A DNA stretch of 64,000 bases from Eledone cirrhosa (taxonomy: Eukaryota), in the NCBI GenBank assembly GCA_964016885.1, contig OZ024743.1, forward strand, positions 109,678,001 through 109,742,000, in the 5' to 3' direction. Under the pieces are notes generated by a model. That model had not been told where the DNA came from. It did no database searches and saw only the letters and a list, made by a program, of their open reading frames with translations. The position numbers and the translations under genes are program-made. Positions 12,310 through 27,529 of this stretch are shown one piece after another; position 1 is the first letter of the stretch; each line of letters opens with the position of its first letter.

Positions 12310-12890
12310 TAAAGAAAAAAAGGATGAAATCGAAATGCAACTGGAGTCTTATTTAAAAAATATATATATATATGTATTTGGTTCCTTTATCGCAGTTCTT
12401 CTGCTTTTCAAAAGTAGAGTTGAGATGGATGGTCTGTGTTTTTTCTTACATCTGGTTGGTCTTTGAATGTTATTTGTTTTATATGGAGAAAAGTGGCTAG
12501 AAACGCCAGGTTTTTAGAGAAGTAATTTGATTGGTAAATAATTATAATGAGCTTCGCGCCAGTTCGCGTTACAAATTTCTTCAAACAAGGGGGTGGGGCT
12601 CAGTTTGTTTTTTCATATATTTTTCATATATTTTTCATATATTTTTCACATATATTGTTTTTTCATATATTTTTCATTTATGAGTGTTTGAATTTCCTTT
12701 TACTTAAGAAAAAGGGGGCTCACGAAGGTTTTTTTAAAAATATATATATATGTGAGAAAAACCACATACCCTCCATCTCAACTCTACTTTTGAAAAGCAG
12801 AATATATATATATTTAAACAAAAAAATGTATATATATTTAAACAAAAAATAAGACTCCAGTTGCATTTTCGATTTGCTCTTTTTATCTTT
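12310..12890. repeat. Inverted-repeat element between TA tracts
   Basis: gcaactggagtcttat and ctgcttttcaaaagtagagttgagatgga recur reverse-complemented at about 12770-12870. Confidence 0.65.
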
Positions 12891-13237
12891 ATACATTCAC
12901 TCGTGTGGGACACCTCGGTTATTTTTAAAAACCTCACTTTCTAATATATACATATATATATATATATATATACATATATATGTTCATCTTGTATCTGAAT
13001 GTGTGCATATGATTTTTTATATATTACTATACATAAATACACACATATATACATACATATATATATATATACATACATATATATATACATAATATACACA
13101 TATACATATATATATACATATATATACATACATATATATATACGCATAGATGTATACACAATCATACATATACTCGGACATCCAAATATACACACATATA
13201 CACACACATACATACACACATATAATTACATACACAA

Positions 13238-13296
<59 letters not shown>

Positions 13297-13605
13297 TATA
13301 TATATAATTGGAAATCAGTAAAATCGAATCTCTGGCGGTTTGCAAGTAAATTCCGCCTACTTATATGAAATGATGAGTTAGCAAAGCACTCGATAAGATA
13401 GGACCTCAGAGTAATAACATACGTTTAAATAGCTTGACAAATCGAACATTGTGGTAGGCGAAACTAACACACAATACATACCAAAGTAACGATAGAACTA
13501 ATCAGGTTGAGAAAAAAAATATATATATATATATACACATATGTATATACACACTAAGACTACGAACTCATAAGTAGAAAACTTTATAAATATAACAAAT
13601 ACGCG

Positions 13606-13663
<58 letters not shown>

Positions 13664-13847
13664 CACATATGGCATAGACATATGTGTATAAACACAATAG
13701 TCTGCAAACATATACATACGCAAATACACATATATATATAAATATAAATATATACGCATATATACGCATATATACATACAAACATATATATTTTATATGC
13801 CTGCACATACACATACACACACACACACACACCGATATATATATTTA

Positions 13848-13911
<64 letters not shown>

Positions 13912-13915
<4 letters not shown>

Positions 13916-14312
13916 TGGTATGGCATGTTTAAAGCGTCCGTATTGGGAAATGCTGTTTGAGCACTCGATGCTCTTACAGAGAAGAGTATACTATCACATA
14001 AGAATCAGTGGTGCGATCAATTAGAATTTATTAGACATATTACAATCGTTTCTCTGGCGACTAGCTCGAGGCACGATCGATGCGAGGATTGAACCTGACT
14101 CTGAACTCGCAAGTTCTTCAGATACGTCTTCATCACTCGAAGCAGAATTTCCAAATTCTACTTCGTGTGATAGAGACGTATCTGGAAAACTTTTGATTTC
14201 AGAGTCAGGTTCGATCCTCGCATCGATCGTGCCTCGAGCTAGTCGCCAGAGAAACGATTGTAATATGTCTAATACATTCTAATTCGTCGCACCACTGATT
14301 CTCCGTTTCTTA
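13912..14312 (-). mobile_element. ~300-bp palindromic element (family C) in (TA)n
   Basis: 14001-14150 is the near-perfect reverse complement of 14152-14302. Confidence 0.8.
14033..14129 (-). ncRNA. Type-I hammerhead ribozyme motif (family C)
   Basis: agacgtat-CTGAAGA-(a)cttgcga...tcgccag(a)-GAAA-cgattg-TA-atatgtct; imperfect stem II base. The plus-strand copy (14174-14270) has a mutated core CTGGAAA. Confidence 0.68.
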
Positions 14313-16091
14313 TGTATATATATATATCGTTCTTAAATCCATTTATATGTGCGAATTCTGCTTCAGGGAGATAACTGGTAACATTAAATTGTATGCGTTT
14401 TTCATGCATTTTGACTTTGTCTTGGCTATTACAGGCATACACAGCACTACATGTAATAACAGGTAATCTTTAAAAATTGGAGTAGCTACTATGTATTTAT
14501 GCCATTTTATACCCTGTCATATACAAGTGACTGAATCATTTTGTTAGATGTCTTTTTTCAATGATATTGAACTTATTATAATTTCCGCACATATATCTAT
14601 AGTGTTTTGAATGCGTATATATATTTAATACGAACACAGTTGTCTGTATTTTATCAGTAGGAAAGACTGATAGAAAATGTACTTTAAGATGTAGATTACT
14701 GTACCGCAATGGAGGTATATTCGTCGAATTGAAATAATTTAAAAATTAAATTACGTTGGTTTTTAAATAAATCAAATTAGAAATATAAGAGAATTACCAT
14801 AGATATGATATTTAGTAAGCTGCAAACAAACCGTTAAATTACTATAAGACTAAGCAAGTGTCGATCGTCTAATTTCTGGTGGATTATTTTTTATATCTAT
14901 TTTGCCTTTTTGCTATATATTCCCACATTATATACTAGCCTGTCTTCTAGATATAAAATGGAATTAGATCAATTAGTAGGATGTTTGCTTTAGAATATTT
15001 GAGATATTTATGATAGTTGCAATTAATATTTTAGCTCGATTATGGGCTGACTTTGGTAGCCGCACCAGCAATACACTTAGATTAATGCATATGGTAGGTC
15101 AGACTGTACATATAGTACTGGTAATATAATTACTTTGTGCCTATGAGCTAAACAAGTAATATTTAATAGCCGCATCAACGATGTAAACATCAATACAAAA
15201 ACATAACACACATTACATATGTGACATGCAGCAGAAATTTGTGAAGCATGTCATTATCGGCCATGGTAGAATAGAGTGAATCAACAATAACATAGCAATA
15301 TGTAACATCGCAATCGCATAAAATGATTGAGGATATGTCATCTAAGATGAGGAGAAAGCTGAATGATGAATGAATGATAGACATAGTAAGAGTAGTTAAA
15401 GGTCTTTCTGTAAGAATATTTGATTAAAGAACGTTAGGGCAATATTTGCAATGTAGGAATTGATATTGAAAATATCATGTCCACATTTGAATTTTATTTT
15501 CTGAAATTTGAAATTTCAATTTTGCATTGCTTCAGACTCCATTGAAACATTTCATATTTGAATTCACACCTAACGAACACGCTAATGACAATGTTAAGCT
15601 GATATATTCTGATGTGTTAAACACATTTATTGTTCCCAAGAAATATCGTAAAACATTTAAGTTTGCGTCAACATTTATCTTTCTTAAAATTATATGAAGT
15701 AAATAGTAATTTCTAGATAAAATCATAGCCAATACTTAGATTTTTGTCTTATATTTTCTTGATAATATTCAAGTAATTTGTCCATTCACATGCCATTATG
15801 TTTTATAAAAAAATTACTTTCCATTTAATGTTTTTTTAAAGAAATATTATTTTCTTTCAAAATCTTTTCAAATTACTTTCAATTCATAATTTCTTTTGAG
15901 ATTTCTTGATAAATAATTGAAACAGCGTGCGATTATTATTTGTTATAGGATATTAAGTATACTTTGGAATGCTTCCATCTCCACATATTGTAAGCTGAAA
16001 ATATGAAAAGAAAATGATGTAAGAAGAACTTCATTTCGCATTTATTAATAATTGGTTGGCTATTCACTTACACACAAATATATATACATAT

Positions 16092-16182
<91 letters not shown>

Positions 16183-17967
16183 CACACACTCATATATATA
16201 TATATATATATATATATACAAACAAACCCACACATATATAGCGAAGCTAAATATGTTGGTAACATATTACAGTATAACATTTGCAATAAATTTTAGTATG
16301 GTAGTATGATTTCAATAATAAAGATTTAAAAATAAAGAAATAATCTACATTTGCCAAATAATTTTTTACATTAGAATGTTTAAAATGTAATACAAATAAT
16401 TGAGGATTATCAACATAACGTTTTATTTGTAAAGATATATCAGGAGATAAAAAAAGAAAGGAAAGTAATGTTAAAATCGATTTTTTTTTTTTTTACTGAA
16501 CGCCATTTGAAGTGATTCAGATTTCAGATACATTAAACAAACATTTCAATGACATTTAAATATCGACTACGTACTCGGAATCATTCATATTGTTAATGAG
16601 GTGCCGTATTGTGGTGGGTAGTGTTACATTAGTTAGAATACTCACAAACTAAGAAACATACCTGAAAAGCCACGGATGCGACACCTTTTCCATCGCCAGT
16701 TCATGCGTAATCGCTATGGATACAATGTTCTGTTTACGTCCTTGGGAAATCGCTGAACACAATTGTTTATCAAAAAAGCGACGCATTAAGCCGTTGCTAA
16801 ATATGAAATAATATTCCCGATTAATGTCAAGTCCTCCAGAATAGAAGGATATTTTTCCGATAAAGAATTCAATGCACTTATATTGATTCCTAGAAAAAAA
16901 ATATACATCCAACATTGCTGAAGCTGTTAATTCAGTCATTGGAGACGGTCAGATCATTCCAGTTTGCTTTCTTTTTAATCTCTATTGAGGATTACTGAAA
17001 AAAAACAACTGTACTATAGTGTATTTTCTACACGACATTTACCAGTAGACTTCGCTTTTATTTCGGATAAATAAAAAATATGGTCGGCAAATAATTACTA
17101 ATATTTTTTCTGTAATGTAATAACATATCTGAAAACTATTTTAATGGATATCTGTAGTCGTATTGTCCCTCCCCAACATCAAAAACAACAACAACAAAAA
17201 CAAAACAAATATGTGTATGAATGAAAAATGGGTTTTAATTAAAAAAATAACAAAACATATCTACCACATTTCATTTTAACGGTTCATTAAGAATGTCGCG
17301 ATTAGCAAAGGGTCGAAGAACCTAGCACTCATGGATTGCTGTGGTAGGAAGCACGATTTCGTGTTATTCTAAGATTCATCCGATTGCTGACACTCAGTGA
17401 CGAGGTTGTTTATTTGTAGGGGGGGGGGGGTTATGTTATGTGTGGACACCCAATAATGCTGATTGTAGTGATATTCAAATTCTAGCAGTTTCTAATTAAG
17501 TTCCATCATTCATAAATGATAGAGGCGAAATAAGGAATGAAATATCAAAACCCCGACACATTACAACAAATAACAAGAACAGTATCGATACTCATTCCTA
17601 TTTCAATTGGCAGGAAATATATGAAAATATAACGCAGGACAAAAGCAAAGAATATTGATATGTAGCGTTGAACATTTGGAGTAGCAACCGGGTTAATTCG
17701 ATGGCTGATATTTTGACAGAAAATATAACTCAACTAACATGACTAAAATGTCTTGTCTTCTATAATTTATAGCTAACTCAATAGTTCATAAGGAAAAATA
17801 TGTGATCAACAGTGTTTTTCATACCCATTCACACATAATTTAGGGAGCATAAACGTCGATATCTAATTCTTTTCATCGTCGAAGTACTATCTATCTTATT
17901 ATATCTCTATCATACTTTAGCCAAGATCAAGTCATTAGACTGTATCCATTGTTGTTATTATTATTAT

Positions 17968-19490
17968 CTTGCGATGCGTGGCGGCAAAGGGCCCTGACAC
18001 TGTCCTCGACGTCAAATTTACAAAGAGCAAGAGATTTTCATGGACTGGTTGGGAGATTCGTCTGCAAATCAGATCCGAAGACATCTAAAATATCCTAGAC
18101 CACATCATACTAACGGGCGTGTAAGAAATCTAGGTCGTCATGGAGGGCATAAGCACTGTTTTCGTTTGTGGTGAAGCCACACACCTGCGAGCCTTTTGCC
18201 CCCAGCTGAAAACTGCAGTGTGCCATAAACGTCCGTTGCAGCCAAGACCGGTGCCGAGACATAGTACAAGACCAGAACTAGCAACAGTAAAGGAAACAGC
18301 ATCATAAGCAGCAAGAGTAACAGTACAACACCAACTATGATTATTACAACCACCCAGAGACTCGCCCAAACAACCGCTCAAACTCCCCCTCTTTTAAATA
18401 CATACACAAACAGACCAACACTTATGCACACATAAACACACTTCCACTTCACGCTGACAAAGTGTCCCCAGACACCAGTTCTTCTTCATCACAATGTGAA
18501 GAAAAATCTGAACCTCAGAAACCGAAAAGAGGAAAATGAAAACACAAACAAAACTTCTTCAATCACACCAACCAAAACCATAGACACATTTACAAAAAAA
18601 CAACAACACCGCAACCATCAACAAATACGCAGCCACCACCAACATCACGGACACACGAAAATCATGCCCCATAAAAGAAAACACACGCAGACACCAACAA
18701 AAAAAGAAACACCCAAATTCATGTTACTATGAAGGACCAACAAAACATGTATGGCCCTTGAGAGAGTGCGGGGGGAGCTCCTTGCCACCAGCATATGCAA
18801 AGTTCCCCAGATACTAATGATGGCATTTGTATACCTATACAGACATTAAAGATAGCTATTCGCATGACTTTGGGGTCCCTAGTGTACGAGATCAAAGGCA
18901 TGGTTTTAAATGGTTTCCAAAAAGTATCACCACCACTTATGGAGATCGAGCAACCCAATCTCTAATAGCAATTGTAAGTAGAACTTACCAGTATTTCCAA
19001 TATTTGGATTCTAAGATATTCATATTTAACCGTCACTCTGAATTGGGAGGTAGAAGGGCAGTTTTATTCAGGAAAGGCCTAGATCTCGAGTTAAATATGT
19101 TGCTTCTGGATACGAACGGTAAATTGGTGGTTCTGGACATGAGAAATAGTGAAGAGGGTGCATGTAAATGGTTGCCACCTACGCCCCGCTCGGCGCGAAA
19201 CGTCCGGATTTTTTCAATGACATTTGCTCTGTTGTTAGATTGAATCGTTAAATTACGGAACATTCAACATCACGCCTCCCGTACGCCAAGTATGTCCCCT
19301 AGTGTCACAATTGCATTGAAACTTGAGCCATTACTACATAAATTTGTGGCGATGAGGGGCGCCGTTTGCGAGCAAGTATGTGAGAGATCCATGTCAACAT
19401 TTGCCGACGATTTCCCCGTAGTGTTGCTGAACATCAAACACATTAAGGTGATCGGCACGGCTAGCATGCATCATAGAGCTATATCCCTTC
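17968..19490 (+). mobile_element. Decayed, internally deleted Tx1-like LINE
   Basis: AVLFRKGLDL...GKLVVLD (EN) and LEPLLHK...FADD (RT) fragments similar to ORF2 at 746-4169. Confidence 0.7.
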
Positions 19491-19617
19491 GCGTTTTGAG
19501 TTGAAATGCATTTTGCGTTGCCTTTCCCCCTTTCTGGGTCAATATACTGGGGTAGATTTAATTGCCTTTCTCGTCCCCATAAAGTGTTAGCCTCGTTCCT
19601 AAATCGGAAACCATTAT

Positions 19618-19812
19618 AGGGTGGTAAATTGTTAGTATCGGTAGAGTGTCGCACATAGATTTACAGCCCTTTAAGTTCAGATTTCAAATTTCGTCTAGTT
19701 TAAGTTTGCCTTTTCTCCTTAAGGGGTTGATACAATAAAATACCAACGATGCTCTGGGTCAACTTAAGAGAACTCTTCCCCGCCTTGTGCTTAAATCAGA
19801 AACCATTATTAT
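19618..19812 (+). mobile_element. Degenerate tRNA-derived SINE (a further partial copy lies at ~19495-19612)
   Basis: Similar to 19824-20010; ends in (TTA)n. Confidence 0.7.
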
Positions 19813-19823
19813 TATTATTATAA

Positions 19824-20010
19824 GGGCGGTGGATTGGCAGTATCGGTAGAGGGTCGGACGCCATGCTTTCTAGCATAGTTACGTCCCTTTACGATCTGAG
19901 TTCAAATCCCGCCGAGGTTGACTTTGCCTTTCATCCTTACGGGGTCGATAAAATAAAGTACCAGTAATGCACTGGATAATTGCTGGCCTTGTGCCTAAAG
20001 TAGAAACAAT
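19824..20010 (+). mobile_element. tRNA-derived SINE (cephalopod-type)
   Basis: A box TGGCAGTATCGG, B box GAGTTCAAATCC, body ttgcctttcatcc..ggggtcgataaaataaagtaccag, (TTA)n tail. Confidence 0.88.
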
Positions 20011-20034
20011 TATTATTATTATTATTATTATTGA

Positions 20035-22560
20035 GTCTCCTGCGACCTGGTCCGTATCAGCGTTACAATCTGTTTTATTTTCTAAAACATATGTGTCAGA
20101 ACATTATATATTATTTTGTGGCTAAATCGATCATATTTTCGGGGACCTGGTTGTTTCTCTTCATGATAGTCTCAATTATGTCCTTCCCGCTAGTCTCCTG
20201 TCGAATCTAGGTGTTGATATTCCTGTCATATAAGTTGGTGCGAGCATAATTGGCTCCATTTTACGTTGGGTCACTTCTAAAGTCTCTGAAGTGGGGTTGT
20301 TGAGTGCCCACGGCTCTGTTTCCTATGTCACCACCGATAGAACAACTTCGTTAAACAGCTTTCTTTTGCTTTCTGTTTTTTAATTGGGACATCTTATGAT
20401 GTTATTAACTTTTCCAAAGCTACCCAGTCTTGTTTTACCTCCGCAATAATGGCATCACCTGTTGGAACCTTCTTTGCGTGGAACAGATAACTGTCTACTT
20501 CTTGGATGGTCTTTCCAAAACGTATAACTGGTGATGGTTTAGCGTAGCTGTTAAGAAGGACCTTGGTTTTCTCAAATGGGTGTTAAGGCCTACGGGTTGG
20601 CTCAGGGTGTGGAAAACATTGTAAATCTTCTGATGTATTGGCGGTAAATCTTGGTGGCATAGGAGTCAACCATCTATGTTGATACACTTGTTCTATCAGA
20701 TGACTTTTTGAATATGGCGGCTTGTAAACAAAACGTAAACATTCACTGAGAAATATTGTCTCTCTCTAGCATGCTCCTCTCTCTAGCTTGATCTTGGCAG
20801 GGTCCTTTTATAATCTGTGAGTGGATGTAGCGCTATTGTAAAGATCCTTTAGTATTGTGATTTGGTTCTACAGTGCTGTGAATAGTATGTTAACTCAATG
20901 CTGTCAAATGCATAGACAACGGCGGCAAATCAGAGAGAATAGTTGCATTCGTGTTGAGTTCTGTTGTAGTTAACTAACTGCATGGTTGTGTTCTATTTGT
21001 GTTCTATTTTAAAGAACCATGGCCTGAATCCCCATGTGCTCTTGGCGCTGTTTTGATGTACCTAGTATCTTCCTGAGCAAGATTTACGAAAACACATTGT
21101 AAATGATACGTGGAAGGCTGATTGGGAGGCAGCTTCATCATATTTATTTTGGATTAGAACTAATACAGCATTGTTGCAGATGTCAAGAACAGAACCTACT
21201 TCTAAATACTTTTTGAAGAGCCTGTTGAGTACTATGACAATGGGTTCTCCAGCATACTGGATTATTCCTGAAGTAATGTAATCTTTGCCTGGTGCGTTGT
21301 CTCTCTATGAATGTTTAATGTTCGCTCTTTTATCTGGTGGAATGATAGGTGAATGTCATGTAGATGTTGTTTAGGTTTTGTTACTTGAGAATGGTTGGTC
21401 CAGGGGCTCTCGTCTGCTGTGTAGCATGCTCGATAATTCTTCACATCGTTTTTTAGTCTGGTAAAGTCAGTGATGAGAGATTTCGTCATTTCTAACAAAA
21501 TGATGATGTTATATTTACCTAGACACAGCTTACATTTAATTGGATTCAATCATTTATTCTCTTTTAAGGTTTTGAGCTGCTGCTCTTTGTCATATCGTCT
21601 GATGTCTACCTTCATGGGAAGTACTGTGGTTTTGTAGATTTCAGAGTACTCTGCATTGTGGGTGTCAGTCCCGCCTCGCTTCAAATGATGTCACTTTTTT
21701 CTTAATTGCTTGGTCTCCGTTGAAAGCATGTCTTCTTTAGGTGACCTTCCTTTTCCGGTAATTGTCTCCATTATGTTGACCCTAATGCTGTCTGCATAGG
21801 TACTTATATATTCTGTTGAATGATGTTGTTCTAGTGCCTCGAACTTATTGTTCAGTAATAGATAGTACGATGAGGTTTGGTTTCATTACGTGTTTCGCGA
21901 ATTTAGCCCGCTCCAGCTTCGTGTTGATGGTAAATGTTGCGCGCATTAGTTTATGGTCACTACCCGTATTGAAATTGTTGATGACCGGGACATCAGTGAA
22001 GGTCTGGGGCTTGTGCCTCAGGATGTAATCAATTTTATTCTCAATGCTTCCGATGGGTGATAACAATGTCCACTGCTTGTTGACCTTCTTGAAAAATCTG
22101 ATTTTAGTTTCCGGCGCTCCGATATATTGACGATAATGCCTAATCCGTCGTTACCGGCTCGGGAGCCTAAATTTCCTGGCCCAGTCTCTCAGCTTTTGTA
22201 TTGAAATGTTTCAAAACGATGTTTTCGTAGACCTTTTTCAACTGCTTTCTGGGTAGCTAGTTGTTGGTAAATGAACTTGAAATATGTCGAGGTGTTACTT
22301 GTTGATATTGATGGTGAATTGCCCCAAACTGTCGCATTAGTAGTATATATTGTGGCTGCTTTCACGTAGTATGGCGCACCATTCACTATTTCTTCTCATC
22401 TCGCTAATTTCAATGATGTCGACATTTATCCTAGAAAGGTCCTTTTCTAGGTCTGTAATTTGTTGTGATATGATGTGAGAGCCCTAGTGTTGGACACCTG
22501 ATTGTTATATTCCAGTGGCAGCCTGCTCGAACTAAGTGATTCTTAGCAGCATTTGCTCTT
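20035..22560 (-). mobile_element. Highly decayed RTE-like LINE
   Basis: EN fragment SPIGSIENKIDYIL...GSDHKLMRATF (21845..22066), remnants of RT-region motifs, 3' end at (TAA)n. Confidence 0.6.
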
Positions 22561-22789
22561 CATCCTTCCTCCCTGTACAAATACATTATGGTCGAATATT
22601 GTCGACTAAATTGGCTCCTTCATCAGACATCGATCTCCTGAGTAGAGAAATTTGATCCCAGCTGCAGAAAAGGAGCTACGCAAACGGACGAATGAAATCC
22701 TCAACAAAAACGTCGACACAACCATCACTAGCCCTATCAACAACACTACCTCTACCACAATTAACTTCTAAAAGAAAAATACCATCAGC

Positions 22790-23130
22790 AATGGTGTCTT
22801 AATGGAAGCAAGGTAGCTTGATCAACGACCTCATGTCACTAGATATAGATGTTACAGCCGTCACTGCCACTAGGACGCTGGACCACAAGTGTGACGACTT
22901 CGTGATCTGTGTCAGAGTCAGCTTGAATTTGAAGTATTTGTTAGGAAAGTGCTCGGTGAGTTGGTATTGCTAGATGTAAACGGTAGCGAACTAGGTGCAT
23001 TTAGACAGATGCATGTCTATGCCTTTACTAGCGCAGAGCGGTAGATTTTCGTCAGACGTTTAGTATCCTTTCATGGGAGGTTCATTCGTTACTATTGGTG
23101 GGGTACTGGAATGAATCTTCGGCGCACAAA
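22790..23130 (+). mobile_element. Decayed Tx1-like endonuclease fragment
   Basis: DNA similarity to ~795-1180 (tggaagcaagg..tcaacgacctc..gtcacta..atagatgt). Confidence 0.6.
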
Positions 23131-24724
23131 GTCTACAGAGACCAAATCACCATAGGTAAGTGACAGTTGACAGGTATAATCATCAAGAACATGAGGTAAT
23201 GTAGAGAGCAATTGAAGTAGAATCAAAAGCTATCAATAAATAAGGAGCAACAGAAAGCAATAGAGCACTAGCTACACTAAGTGAACAGGATTGATATCAT
23301 AACCGAGGGGCTAGCTGCAAGAATTGTATTAGACCGTTTCTTTATTGTGAAACACGAATGTTGAAATGCAAGAGCTCATGCACGTGATATGCCCATGTTC
23401 TATGCACATTCATCAGGCTTTTTCACTAATATTCTTGCAGCCGTTTATTGCAACGGGTATCAAAATGTGTGTTGTGTGGCTTGAGGCATAGTGGCACCGA
23501 TGAAATACTGATTAAATACGCGAACAAGTGAGACACAATTGTAAATTTCCTCTCCCTAACTTTCCATAACGCACCATTTAAGAATTTGCCCAAGGTTCTG
23601 TTAAAGAGGTTGGTACTTGTCATCAAGAGACTGGTCTGGGAATCGTGGAGGTGCGCAATCCCGACCAATTTTATTTTCAACTAAACTTAAATCATGTGAT
23701 GTATCATAGAATGGTGGATATGATTATATACTTTGATATCATTAAGATCCAGATACCTTTCGGATATTATGGCAGCCTTTATTTTTATAAAAAAAATTGT
23801 TAAATATTATAGATAGAATATAATGTAGTTATTTGGTGTTAATGTGTTCATAGCCAAAAACTTATTCGAATCCAATTGTTATATAATAGAATGTCGAAAT
23901 ATTCCTGGTAAAATTTGAGGAACGAAAGTATCTTCCCAAACCTTACTATGAATAAATAGCTACCGGCATATCTAACTGATTATTCCATTACTTCATAACG
24001 TCATTATCAGCATAATTAAAAACTCAAAAATTGACGTATTAAAGAACAGTGGTGGACTAATAGCGGTATCTTAAGTCTATCCTCGGTGGTGCAACTCGCA
24101 TGCACTCAAAATTAAGGAGGCTTGATTTATACATTATACCACACTGAAATCTTTGAACCCATAAAAATCAAACCTTCAATAATTGAACTTCTAAATTTTA
24201 AATATTTCAAAGAGAATTTAGGAATTTCTCAATACCGGCACTTTCCAATATCTTGTTTATTTTAATGTGACAGACATTCAAGCACTGAGTACACTGTGGG
24301 ATTTAGTGATACAAAATAGAAGTGTCAATTAATCCTGATTTCATAAATGAAGTACGCAAAACAACAAAGTCCCTGTCTTTTAACTGAAGATGATTTGAAT
24401 TAGATTATTCGTTAATACGAACATGGTAGGCCATTTTCTGTGCATAATGAGCAGACGTGGTTGGAATTAAACGCATTTAATAGAATTGGTATGCAGGTGT
24501 AGGTTTAGGATATGAACAATGCAAATTGTAACTCCCTGATTAATAAATAAAGTCCATTATCATCATCAATATAGCTCTTTATTTAGCGTTTATATTTTCA
24601 AATTAATCTTTAACATAATATTTTGGACAGACACGATGGCTGGTATTGCTTGATATGATTTGCTATGTGGAATAGATATCTGATGATATATCCGGCAATT
24701 AGTATCGACTCAAATGATTATGGT

Positions 24725-24804
<80 letters not shown>

Positions 24805-25286
24805 AGAGGCAGAGAGAGAGAGAGAGAGATAGAAAGAGAGAGAGAGAGAGACAGAGAGAGAGAGAGAAAGAAAGGGAGCAATAGTGATACACCCAGATAT
24901 AAACATACACAACATACACAAACTGACCTTAGAATTGAATCTGTTCCGGCAAGTATCGTACTAACGATCCACTCCATTAGGACTTCCGTTAATTATATTA
25001 GACCTTGCTATGAATGTCTACTTTCCTGCGTATCATACAGTCGTTAGTTAACAATCCCTCACCACCCAGCACCTGTAATTAGATATCTCCAGGGAACAAT
25101 CATAATATTCTCGATGGACATAATTTCTCTGATATTTTCTATGGAGCATTGTAGTCTATAATAATTTTGACATGTAAACTAATATTCTCGCGTTTAAATG
25201 AGACAACCAACAATAAAAGCAATTCAAGTTGAAAATCTAAATCATGGATCCAACACACACGCACACACACACATAGACACACACAC

Positions 25287-25356
<70 letters not shown>

Positions 25357-25579
25357 TTATATATATATATATATTTACAAGCTGGTAAGAATTTTATCTA
25401 GACACTTATTCGTAATATTATCTATTACATAAATATGATCCGAGTAAGACTTAGTAATTTGTCATCTGTGTGTTTATTTTTTTATTTTGTTATGTATATA
25501 TACATATACATACATACACACACGCACACACACATATATATATGTATATATATTTATGTATATATATATATAGATATAC

Positions 25580-25612
<33 letters not shown>

Positions 25613-25773
25613 AAAGAGAGGTTGATTAAGTGTGAGAGAGAGTATGCGGTATTAATAGCGAGGAGACCATTAATTATGGGAGTACACAAAGCATGTAGAT
25701 ATGCAAAGTCGGAATTTTTTCCTTTCTCGCTTTCTCTTTCTTCTCTTCTCTCTCTCTGTCTCTTTATTTCTTT

Positions 25774-25843
<70 letters not shown>

Positions 25844-26312
25844 AGGAACAAAAAAGAACTATACCTCATCGTCCTTCGTGTGGGTTAACAAGGGACGCGT
25901 TCAGACATCAGGTAGAGGAGTCTGTTCGACAAACCTATGGCAGTCTCCATTTCATGTCGCAAAAATTAGTAATGCCCCTGCGAATAGTCCTGGGAGGACT
26001 GGGTTGGACGCACACAGGTTGATTAAAGCGAAATAATTCATAAATTTAACCCTCTCATTTTTCTTTCTGGGGGTTAAGTAAACAATGTGAAAATGAATAG
26101 CATGAAATGCTACAACATTTTTCTTTTCCTTTCTTTTATTCGTCAAAGAGACATTATTGGAAATATGAGAGGGACAGTTCTTATTAAAAATAATTTTATA
26201 ATGTATATAAAGTGTTGAGGTAAGTTGTTTTCATTTTCCATGTTCAGAACGAGACTGTAAAATGAACTCCTGTGTATATATATAGAGAGTTATATATATA
26301 TATATATATAAT

Positions 26313-26388
<76 letters not shown>

Positions 26389-26417
26389 ACAAGCATATCA
26401 ATATGCCCAGACATGTA

Positions 26418-26492
<75 letters not shown>

Positions 26493-26992
26493 AACTTTTT
26501 CTGTGAAGTTGTGCAAATTGTAGTTACGTGGAGATGGTATTAATCTAATGCAAACAATTGCAACGAAACACAACGCATATTCTGACTGACCAGCTAATAA
26601 GGGCTACACAAGAATGATAACCCAATATCATATGCAAGATGTCAAGATATTCTGGATACGGCCGAATGTTTACTTGGTAGTCTCTCCCACAATGCAGTTA
26701 ATCCTTTCTCAAGGGCGTTATCAGAGAATGTCCCTCTTTGTAAATCATAAGAAGCTGTAAACACCTAGAAATTACGTAATATTACATAATGTGTGAACAA
26801 TTGATTTTCCTGTATACAATTATACACGATGCTGCTTTACTATTTGCCATATGAGAGTATTTTGGAAAAACATTGTCGTGTAAAGAGAAAAACAGAGTAA
26901 CACCAAGAGAGGTATAGAGATAGACAGATAGAGAAGTGAGACAAACAAACACGGACAAAGAGAGTGGGGGAGAGAGAGAGAGAGAGAGAGAA

Positions 26993-27094
<102 letters not shown>

Positions 27095-27529
27095 AAGGCA
27101 TGTATTGAGTTATAAACTCAAAATAGTCTCTTACAATGAAATTAGATCTAGGAAAGAGGTTTTCCGAGCCGTATAATATAACTGAACAAAAAAAGTAAAA
27201 CGATCACAGACATATACATATATGTTTTCAAATCGTAAAAGACCAGATTCGCTAAGGTGAAAATTATTAGTATCTATTTTGAATTTCTAACACAATACAT
27301 GCCTTTGATATATTCGGCTCCAATAGTTCGTCAAGCTAATTCAAATATCGAGTACACCCGGCTGCTACTTTTAGTGGCGTGAGTTTGCGAGAGACGCAAG
27401 TTCTGGTACCATGTGCGTTATATATACGCACACTATCCAGTTTTTTTTTATATACTTAGAAGTGACCAGGATACTAATAATTATTCACCCGCTGATGAGC
27501 TAGAATTTTGGTATTCCCCTTCACAAAAG

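Noticed and set aside
19824-19910. tRNA gene
   Set aside because: A and B boxes belong to a SINE head; no cloverleaf.
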